Of a stretch of DNA of 64,000 bases, positions 56,747-64,000 are shown in pieces (the first letter of the stretch is position 1; the number at the start of each line of letters is the position of its first letter). Origin of the DNA: a virus. A model generated the notes under the pieces. That model searched no databases. It was not told where the DNA came from and saw only the letters and a program-made list of their open reading frames with translations. The translations under genes were made by a program, and so were the position numbers. Where the stretch lies: IMG/VR virus record IMGVR_UViG_3300028800_000073, positions 15,825 through 79,824 of that record, one strand, 5' to 3'.

Positions 56747-57063
56747 TTAGTATCCTTTGCTCGTTGTTCTACTTCAGTGATGACCAACATAGTCATGGCA
56801 TGGAGATCGTAGACTTCCCCATAGGTCAGGGGCTTATCGGTCCATGGATCCGTCATGCAGTGTGATCCGGCACAGCGCAGGATACAGCGGATACCACTAG
56901 TCGTTCCGGGCTTATAATGCCAGTTGATAGGCTGCTTCGTCCGGTGATCCCGCAGCGCTTGGTTCATGTTTCTGACGATATCATGCTGAATCAAGATGCT
57001 CTCATCGGTCCCCGGAGGGAACGCGACGGGGGCACCATCTTCTACGTCCTCTCGGATAACCAT
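56743..57063 (-). CDS. hypothetical protein
   Basis: 106-aa ORF. Confidence 0.5.
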   Translation of the reverse strand: MVIREDVEDGAPVAFPPGTDESILIQHDIVRNMNQALRDHRTKQPINWHYKPGTTSGIRCILRCAGSHCMTDPWTDKPLTYGEVYDLHAMTMLVITEVEQRAKDTK

Positions 57064-57065
57064 GA

Positions 57066-57413
57066 TTACTCCTTGGGTTTATGGAGATCGAGCATTTGAA
57101 CGATGGCGAAACAAATAGCCTCTGGGAGAGTGTCCCTGTGGACCATGGCTACGTCGTCGATGTCATCATGAATGATGTCCACTGACCATTCACCGGTCTG
57201 TCCCATACATCCCTTACAACTGGCTATAACAATGTGGTACCCACGTTTACGCATGATCTCGATGAGCTGCATGGCATCGCCAATTAGCTGTAATGGCGAC
57301 CAAGGCGCACTGTGGGAAATATCGTCATCCTCGCCCCAGAGGTATCCGTGATATTCAACTAGGTTACCTCCAAGTAATTCTTTATTCAGCCTACGTTCTA
57401 TTTCTGTTATCAC
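57066..57413 (-). CDS. phage ABA-sandwich-like protein
   Basis: WSP...DAM.LIE...W.V...TLPEAIC.A. Confidence 0.55.
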   Translation of the reverse strand: MITEIERRLNKELLGGNLVEYHGYLWGEDDDISHSAPWSPLQLIGDAMQLIEIMRKRGYHIVIASCKGCMGQTGEWSVDIIHDDIDDVAMVHRDTLPEAICFAIVQMLDLHKPKE

Positions 57414-57807
57414 GTTCTTTCCTGTCTTGTAGTATGAGAATGGCAGCTCGGCAGATCACCTCTGGTAATGACGCACCGTGGGCGCAAACAGGGTGCTTGT
57501 TGTCACCACGGGTATAGGCGACATCCCAGATATCTCCGAGGTCGCTGATAGTGGCGTATTCGCCTATTTCTCGGAGTTTATGAAGAACCAACATAGCATG
57601 GGTCATGCTGCTGGTAGGCCTGAACTCGTCTACGAAGAATCTACCGAGTTCACCGTCTTCGAGATATGTGTGAGTACACAAGCCCAATAGCTCTGGCTCA
57701 TGTTCGTAGAGATTGGCGATTTGCCAACCCATGACATGAACACCAATCGTCGAGTTATTGTCCAATGGAACTTCAATGGGGGTGAACTTTTCTATTTTAT
57801 CTTCCAC
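57391..57807 (-). CDS. phage ABA-sandwich-like protein (paralog)
   Basis: HVMGW...FRPTSSMTHAM.VL.KL...SLPEVICRAA. Confidence 0.55.
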   Translation of the reverse strand: MEDKIEKFTPIEVPLDNNSTIGVHVMGWQIANLYEHEPELLGLCTHTYLEDGELGRFFVDEFRPTSSMTHAMLVLHKLREIGEYATISDLGDIWDVAYTRGDNKHPVCAHGASLPEVICRAAILILQDRKERDNRNRT

Positions 57808-58231
57808 TTAACATCCTTGCTACGATTATGGCAGCCATGCGGTTGTACCGCTCGACCTGTTTTGGGGTTGGTGCGTCAGCTAGGTTAGACTCCATATCAT
57901 GGAGCTTAACCCGGGAAGCCAGTGGTGATGTTAGGATAGCTTCGATGTACTCATCTTCGGATAACCAGTCACTTGCCTTTGTAATAGCTGTAACTGCTTC
58001 TACGATATGCTCCGGGAATACTTGGAGTAGCGCGTCAGCCGATACGTCGGTATCTTCAATGATATCGTGGAGCCATGCGACGCAGCGTTCGTCATTGGTG
58101 CTGCAACGATTCGCTACGTCTTCTGGGTGCTTGATATATGGGGTAATACTGTCACGACGGAATTGCCCGAAATGGCCAATAATGGCTATGGCCCGAGCCC
58201 GCTCCACCATTATGTCGCTTACATCGTTCAT
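57797..58231 (-). CDS. HD-domain (p)ppGpp hydrolase-like protein (Mesh1/small alarmone hydrolase type)
   Basis: A...H.GQFR...PYI.HP..VA; AWLHDIIEDT; VTAITK; VKLHD..NL. Confidence 0.8.
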   Translation of the reverse strand: MNDVSDIMVERARAIAIIGHFGQFRRDSITPYIKHPEDVANRCSTNDERCVAWLHDIIEDTDVSADALLQVFPEHIVEAVTAITKASDWLSEDEYIEAILTSPLASRVKLHDMESNLADAPTPKQVERYNRMAAIIVARMLSGR

Positions 58232-58237
58232 GTGGTC

Positions 58238-58918
58238 CTAACAGAGGTTTTCAAAAGCACAGTCGACATAGGTTAGTATGGCGGCTAGCTGTTGCCTGGT
58301 GTAGAAGAGAACTGGTTCACCGGAACAGTTGGAGAAACGACGTAACGGAAAGTGTGTTACCTGGAATATGCCGTAGTCCCTGCGGTGTGCTATGGTACAA
58401 GCCAGCTCAATACGATCATGCTCAGCACGGTCTTCTGGGGTGGCATTCCACTGCTTATCCAGCATTTGCTCCTGCTTCTTCTGCCGGTCGTCAGCGTACT
58501 TACCGTTACCGTAGTAATTATCGATACGGTCCTTTTCCTTCTTCTCCATGGCCTCGATCTGCTTAACAGTCTTACCAACAATGGGTTCCTTGTTCCAACC
58601 GGCTACACCACCGTGGAATAACTGCCATAGACAGAAAGCCTCGATGCGCTGTCTATCAAAGCCTTCATCGGTACCCCAACAGGTCAGGTAGTTCATGGCT
58701 CTACCGGTCTCTTCGATGATCCTAAAAGTCATCTCTTCAGCAGATCTGTCTTTGTTGTGCGGAGCCAAGTGCTGTCTACGTAGATCGATATGGCCAGTTA
58801 GCCAGTAGTCCCAAGCCGTCTCTTTGCCGTAGGGGTAGTACTTCAGGATGTCTTGTTTTGCAAATGCTTCACCGATAATCTTTCGCATGTTGCCAAATTT
58901 ATGTTTCGTGGTGGTCAT
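58238..58918 (-). CDS. hypothetical protein
   Basis: 226-aa ORF. Confidence 0.6.
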   Translation of the reverse strand: MTTTKHKFGNMRKIIGEAFAKQDILKYYPYGKETAWDYWLTGHIDLRRQHLAPHNKDRSAEEMTFRIIEETGRAMNYLTCWGTDEGFDRQRIEAFCLWQLFHGGVAGWNKEPIVGKTVKQIEAMEKKEKDRIDNYYGNGKYADDRQKKQEQMLDKQWNATPEDRAEHDRIELACTIAHRRDYGIFQVTHFPLRRFSNCSGEPVLFYTRQQLAAILTYVDCAFENLC

Positions 58919-59121
58919 TTTTCCTCGTGTCGTTCTTCGGACATATGTACGTGTGCTGCTTCATAAATGGTGCGCCAATTCGTTTCTATGCCACCGTTTA
59001 GCATAGTAATCAAGGTGGCGCAGTGCTTCGCCAGATGCATCGCCACAGCCTGTTCTTGGCGATACATCTCTGCGGCTAAGTCACCTTTAGTCGTTATTCT
59101 GATGAAGTTCTGGTTTCTCAT
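58915..59121 (-). CDS. hypothetical protein
   Basis: 68-aa coupled ORF. Confidence 0.45.
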   Translation of the reverse strand: MRNQNFIRITTKGDLAAEMYRQEQAVAMHLAKHCATLITMLNGGIETNWRTIYEAAHVHMSEERHEEK

Positions 59122-59468
59122 TCAGGTAGCCCGAGGCATCTCACCCAATGTGTTGGTGGATGGAGATACGGGGCATTGGATTCACTATCAACCCACATAC
59201 CCTGGATAGCATCAAACGGGATCCACCACTGTGCAATATTCATACGTGGCCCAGTCCATTCCGGGGAATATATGACACACCAGTCAGACCAGCAGTTACC
59301 GTCAGATTCCTCAACTGTTTCCGGCATATGGTCTGAGCAGGGAGTCCAGATATAACGACTACGTACTTCTTCAATAAGGCCGAAGGCTTCAGCAGCTTTG
59401 GAGTGACCACATTTGGCCACCTCTGGCCAGATATCAAGTAGTAACTTAAACGCTTTGTCCAGGTTCAT
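59118..59468 (-). CDS. DUF551-like protein (start revised to ATG 59468)
   Basis: WTPCSDHMPE...PTHW. Confidence 0.6.
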   Translation of the reverse strand: MNLDKAFKLLLDIWPEVAKCGHSKAAEAFGLIEEVRSRYIWTPCSDHMPETVEESDGNCWSDWCVIYSPEWTGPRMNIAQWWIPFDAIQGMWVDSESNAPYLHPPTHWVRCLGLPE

Positions 59469-60304
59469 CTTCCGGACTCCAAGAGCATGATTTTGAGGGC
59501 ATCCCGCCATTGCCCGATACTCATCTCAGCGAGTTCTCTGGCTCGGCTGTCACTGATGCAGCCATCGAAGGCCAACATCATGAGAGTACCGACATAGCGG
59601 TCACGCCATTGCTTATCCTTGAGGATTAGCTTGTAAGCCAAATCCCTCATGGACTCCTCAGACTGTTCATTGAGATCACCGAGTTCATCACGGAGCTTAC
59701 CACCGCGATCAATGGCTTTACCGACCCAACTCCAGCTTTCGCTTAATGCCGGGCAGTCGTCTTCCCCGTATTTGCAGAACCCGGAATTCTCACCGAAGTT
59801 ACAATGTGAGAGATGAGTCCCGAAGTGCCTTAATTTCTCTTCATTGGGGCAAGGATGCTCCATAGCAACGGGACCATGGTTGTCGGACTGCGTATGCTCA
59901 GAGAACAGGGCGCCACAGTGACAGACGGCTTCGTTCTTCTTGGCTTCTATAAGCTTCTCGTGGGCTACAACAAGCTGTGCCTTGGCTTCTTCTAGCTCAA
60001 GCTTCATGTTCTGGATGCCGTTCATGACCCACTTCCACCGTACCTCACGCTCCTCCGGTGGTTCGCCTTCGTAGATACAATCGTAGGCTTCAACGGTTAA
60101 CCCATGAACCCGCTCGTGGATCTGCTTTTCGTATTCCGCCCACAGCTCGCGTTGTACTTTCTCGACATCGGACTTCTGGGGTGCAGTACCGTCAATCAGG
60201 GCGTAAGCCTCTTGCATGGCGTCACCAATTTTGGTGCCGTTACAACTTTCAATAGCGTTAACTAGTCTGTCCAAGACTTCTAATGGGGAACTCATAGTTG
60301 TCAT
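59465..60304 (-). CDS. hypothetical mosaic phage protein
   Basis: 279 aa with Cys/His clusters and coiled coil. Confidence 0.6.
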   Translation of the reverse strand: MTTMSSPLEVLDRLVNAIESCNGTKIGDAMQEAYALIDGTAPQKSDVEKVQRELWAEYEKQIHERVHGLTVEAYDCIYEGEPPEEREVRWKWVMNGIQNMKLELEEAKAQLVVAHEKLIEAKKNEAVCHCGALFSEHTQSDNHGPVAMEHPCPNEEKLRHFGTHLSHCNFGENSGFCKYGEDDCPALSESWSWVGKAIDRGGKLRDELGDLNEQSEESMRDLAYKLILKDKQWRDRYVGTLMMLAFDGCISDSRARELAEMSIGQWRDALKIMLLESGR

Positions 60305-60432
60305 ATTCCTTTACACCGTTACAGATCCAGAACGCCTTCTCCCCGCACGATGCCGGGACAAGGTGGGATCCTCGTTGGCCGCATCTCATGCATGTCGGTT
60401 CTGGACGCCACTCCACTCCGCCTCTACGACGT

Positions 60433-60750
60433 TTACCGCGCTTTGTCATTTGCTATCAACTTCACGATTTGGTCCCTGTTGCAGCAGGGGTTGGTCGGAC
60501 TATGTGGATATGACCCATCGGGGTTCTCACAGGTGCAGAACGTGGCCAGCTCCAGCGCTTCTTTGAGGCGCTCATTTTCCGCCTTTAGCTCACGAACCGC
60601 ATCATTAGCTGAAGCAACTCCCATGGCATGAACAATAGTCAAAGCCTCGGGGTCGTTCTCAGCTCGGAGACGCTGGTTCTCCTCTTCTAGGATGCGGATC
60701 CGCTCTCTGTAATTCTTGACGATATCAATGAGGTTATCGGGGTTAGCCAT
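60433..60750 (-). CDS. coiled-coil hypothetical protein
   Basis: 105 aa, AAGGA RBS. Confidence 0.55.
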   Translation of the reverse strand: MANPDNLIDIVKNYRERIRILEEENQRLRAENDPEALTIVHAMGVASANDAVRELKAENERLKEALELATFCTCENPDGSYPHSPTNPCCNRDQIVKLIANDKAR

Positions 60751-60757
60751 GGTGTCC

Positions 60758-61285
60758 TTAGGGTTGTTTAGGCTCCTCCTGTTCGGATGGGCCTAGTAGG
60801 TGTCCGTAGCCAATAGCACGGATATGGGAACGCATCCACTCCTCGGGGCCACCGTGCATACTACATAGTACGCAGGGTAGGCCATGCTCACATTTTGGGG
60901 TACTGGCGTCCTCTAATTTCTGCAATATTACATCACGTTCGTGCCAAGCGGCATCAGCATGTTCACGGCATGACGTCAGGGCGTGGTGTAGTTCTCGAAT
61001 TTCTTGCTCAGCAGCCAATAGCTTTATATCAGCATCGTCGCGCTCATCGCAGTCGACATTAATCTCCTCCTGTTGCTGCTTCAAAGTGAACTTCAGGGAA
61101 TTGATTTCCTGTTCAGCGATCTCTAGCTTTCTCCGAGCTTCGTCCCGTTGATCCCGGAGGATCTGGTTGACTCCGGCCCAGCCGGCAGCGTCTAGAAGAG
61201 CCCCGTGGAGCATACCGCTAAGCATCATTTCCCGAGCCGTTGCGCGACCAGGAGGTCCTACATCGGTGTCCATGCTATGCTCCAT
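60758..61285 (-). CDS. coiled-coil hypothetical protein
   Basis: 175 aa. Confidence 0.55.
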   Translation of the reverse strand: MEHSMDTDVGPPGRATAREMMLSGMLHGALLDAAGWAGVNQILRDQRDEARRKLEIAEQEINSLKFTLKQQQEEINVDCDERDDADIKLLAAEQEIRELHHALTSCREHADAAWHERDVILQKLEDASTPKCEHGLPCVLCSMHGGPEEWMRSHIRAIGYGHLLGPSEQEEPKQP

Positions 61286-61385
61286 CCAATGTGTAGAAGT
61301 CTACAGATAAGCCCTACAACAAGACCCACCCCTAGGACCCCGGAGAGTCCAAGTGAAATTACGCCAAGTGCTATAAAAGCATGCT

Positions 61386-61619
61386 TCATGAGATCGACAC
61401 TATCGATTCTTCGAGATCAGCTAGAGTCTCTTCATCGGAGATACCGCGCTGATTCAAGAATTCCAGTTGTGCCTTCAGGCCATCGTTGTTGATGGCAATA
61501 GCCATTTGAGTGGCTTGCTCATCAACGATACCGTCTAAGTGATCTATGGCACATTGGTCCTTGGCTAAAATTGCTCGGATCTTGTCGAGCGTTGTTTTGG
61601 TTTTAACGGTCTTCTTCAT
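61386..61619 (-). CDS. hypothetical protein
   Basis: 77 aa. Confidence 0.5.
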   Translation of the reverse strand: MKKTVKTKTTLDKIRAILAKDQCAIDHLDGIVDEQATQMAIAINNDGLKAQLEFLNQRGISDEETLADLEESIVSIS

Positions 61620-61777
61620 GGTGTCTCATTGGTCAATGGTGGCACGAAGTCGGTCGAACTCACATAGAATAAACAACGTAAATAAACCAGCTGCGTAACC
61701 GTAGTGTGCTTCTGTTACGCTTATACATATACCCAGTGCCATTATGACGTTACATAGGGTGCTGAAGAGGAAGCGTC

Positions 61778-62026
61778 TCATCCGTCACTCAGCACTTCAA
61801 CGACATCGACATCGGTCTTCTTGAACCACGCAAAATCGATTCGGAGATACTCACCACTGGGTGACCACTCCTTGATAATACCACCGGCTACGGGGCCAAG
61901 AATGCGCTTCATAGGGCGCTCAACCTGTAGTGTACCCCAGCTACCGTTGGCGCTCAGGTCGACTTCCTCACGGTACAGTCTATACAGAATACGTCCGGAA
62001 CCGTTTACTTCACGACTTGGATTCAT
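61778..62026 (-). CDS. hypothetical protein
   Basis: 82 aa. Confidence 0.5.
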   Translation of the reverse strand: MNPSREVNGSGRILYRLYREEVDLSANGSWGTLQVERPMKRILGPVAGGIIKEWSPSGEYLRIDFAWFKKTDVDVVEVLSDG

Positions 62027-62244
62027 TTTTCTACCTTTATATAGACGTTATGGGCCTCAGCATTGTGTTTATTTGCTAGGCTTTCGAGATACTCGCAACC
62101 ACCAATGGAAAGGATGACTAGGGCTATACCAACGGCGAACATGATACAGCCCCAGCCCTTGTCAACTTCTTGACTCATCTTTGTCCTTGGGATCATCGAG
62201 GTCTTTGACCTTTTGGAGATACAAATTGTATAGCTCCTTGGCAT
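62023..62244 (-). CDS. small membrane protein
   Basis: One TM segment. Confidence 0.45.
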   Translation of the reverse strand: MPRSYTICISKRSKTSMIPRTKMSQEVDKGWGCIMFAVGIALVILSIGGCEYLESLANKHNAEAHNVYIKVEK

Positions 62245-62500
62245 ACTTCAGGTGGAAGCTGATTTCCCACCACCCAAAGGTACCCCGTAGGAACCATCCT
62301 AGCATGATGCATAGGAGGCTCCAGATAACTAGGTCAGACATGCCCGTACCTATTTAAGTCATTGCAGACATCGATAGCAGTCGCTTCTGACCTATCCTCG
62401 TAAACCGTGACGTTGCCGTTAGGCATTTCACGGACAACGGTATATAGGTCAACGGCCTTAGGATCAGCCGTGTTTAGGGTTACTACCAAGAAATAAGATC

Positions 62501-63598
62501 TCATAGGACACCCGCCTGGCCCCGTGGCATACCCTGCCTAGCGAATCTATGAATACTCTCAGTGTGCTCCTCCATGAGCTTATGCATACCATCAATAAGA
62601 GCTTCCTCACGGGCAAAAGCAGCTTCTTTGATTTCCCGTAAGTTCTTGTCTTCTGTACCAACAACATTTCGGAGATGCGCCAGTTCTGGACGCATCTTAT
62701 CAGCTACGCGTACAGCCTCGTCGCGCTGTGTCTTCAGTTCACGGATATTCAGGGTTAACGAGTTCAGGAGCTTATCGCTGGTAACGAACCAGAGACCACC
62801 GAAACCCCCTTCAACGGCCCGTATAACTTTATTAGCGTATTCCGATAGTTCCACTTTAGCGGCATCACGTTCCTTCATGAGTTTCACGGCATCATCGTCT
62901 GAGATCTTCATGATATCGTCGCGCTGATTTTTCATGCACCGGTAATCATTATTCAGACTCTCTAGTTCCTTCTCAGCTACGGTGTAACGCCCCTCAGCAT
63001 GACGCAGCTCGGTGCGGAGCTGATTATTATCGATACGGGCATTCACAAGGAGTTGCGCTGTCTGGGCGTGAGCTTTTTCTTCATCGCCACGCTCACTGAT
63101 CCTGTTATTACGCTGCTTCAGAAGCGTACCAAGCGCTGTACGGAATCCATCGGCATAGCTCTCTTGGACATCAATACAGAACTCATCGCATACCGCGTTA
63201 AGGCCCACCAAGAGATTATCCTGGTCTTGATGCATAGCATCGATCTCCACCTGTAGCCCAGCAGCTTGTACTTCAGCGGAGTTAGCACGATCCAGGGCGT
63301 TCAGCAGCTCCGTGCGCTCATCGTGAACCGCTTCCATCCACATAATAGTGGCTTGGTTGAACTCTTCTTCTTGCTCAGCAAGTTGCTTCTTGAGCTTCTC
63401 GTTTTCCTTTTCGAGCCCCTTGATCTTGGCTACTGTTTCCAAGATGTCCTTGAGCGAGGGGCCAAATACCTCCTCGGGGAGGAACTTATGTGGGTCAGCT
63501 TGAATGGCTTCGAGAATTTTAGTACCGATAAATGCTTTACCGGAACCCTCATGCTCTATGAGGATGTCAGCAATTAAAAGTGATGGGCAGTCCTGCAT
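62501..63598 (-). CDS. long coiled-coil protein
   Basis: 365 aa, heptad-rich. Confidence 0.6.
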   Translation of the reverse strand: MQDCPSLLIADILIEHEGSGKAFIGTKILEAIQADPHKFLPEEVFGPSLKDILETVAKIKGLEKENEKLKKQLAEQEEEFNQATIMWMEAVHDERTELLNALDRANSAEVQAAGLQVEIDAMHQDQDNLLVGLNAVCDEFCIDVQESYADGFRTALGTLLKQRNNRISERGDEEKAHAQTAQLLVNARIDNNQLRTELRHAEGRYTVAEKELESLNNDYRCMKNQRDDIMKISDDDAVKLMKERDAAKVELSEYANKVIRAVEGGFGGLWFVTSDKLLNSLTLNIRELKTQRDEAVRVADKMRPELAHLRNVVGTEDKNLREIKEAAFAREEALIDGMHKLMEEHTESIHRFARQGMPRGQAGVL

Positions 63599-63599
63599 G

Positions 63600-63974
63600 T
63601 TATCCTTTGTATCGATTTCGTAGGGCGTCTCGGGCTATCTTCTGACAGGCTTCGGCGCGGTCGTAGTCACTACATACGTTGGACCGGTGGGCAATTTCAT
63701 TCAATGCACAGAATAGAGCACGCGAATCAGCGTTCTCTTCATTGATCAACTTATTGCGCTCTTCACGAGTTGCGGCGAGCTGCTTCTTGAGCGTGTCTCG
63801 CTCTCTCAGCAATACGTTGAAGTCCACGCGCAGCCCAGGCTGAGCCGCTGCTTTCTCGGCATCGATCAGCTTGTTGCGATCATTGCGAACCGTTTCGAGC
63901 GCACATTTAGTATTGTGCAGCTCATTTTCAAGCGCTTCATTTTCGGTACAAAGGGACTCGTTTTGGCTCGTCAA
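63600..63974 (-). CDS. coiled-coil protein (5' end may extend beyond the window)
   Basis: 124+ aa with an internal RN.RNKLI repeat. Confidence 0.5.
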   Translation of the reverse strand: MTSQNESLCTENEALENELHNTKCALETVRNDRNKLIDAEKAAAQPGLRVDFNVLLRERDTLKKQLAATREERNKLINEENADSRALFCALNEIAHRSNVCSDYDRAEACQKIARDALRNRYKG

Positions 63975-64000
63975 TTCGGTGTAGTACCGCTTGAACTTAT

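Noticed and set aside
61636-61781. tRNA-like start (TGGTGGCACGAAGTCGGTCGAACTC)
   Set aside because: No cloverleaf can be built; the region reads as a small hydrophobic minus-strand ORF. No tRNA genes were recognised in the window.

Overview
A 64-kb segment of a large, probably lytic dsDNA bacteriophage. Genes are dense, overlapping and almost all on the minus strand, with no host housekeeping genes. 1-24 kb holds a replication/recombination module: dCMP deaminase, RuvC-like resolvase, RecA/UvsX, probable SSB, family-A DNA polymerase with an N-terminal UDG-like domain, primase, DnaB and an SF2 helicase. The standout is 24.2-37.4 kb, where TWO apparently complete, sequence-distinct ubiquitin-like conjugation cassettes (each with Ubl, ThiF-type E1, prokaryotic E2 and JAB peptidase) are woven into the same operon as Mre11/SbcD and Rad50/SbcC. 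One cassette sits exactly between Mre11 and Rad50. The other starts with a three-domain polyubiquitin-like precursor. Upstream lies an AT-rich region with four 24-bp repeats in two inverted pairs (candidate origin or operator), next to a Rep-like Zn-finger gene. Then come an isolated plus-strand terminase large subunit, an HNH endonuclease, a host-like secreted surface protein with a C-terminal sorting signal, an RNA ligase, and many small accessory genes (HAD, deaminase, HD hydrolase). An intergenic 34-bp RNA hairpin has only G-U wobbles as imperfections. A Planctomycetota host is inferred but untested. All calls come from motifs read by eye; no database searches were run.
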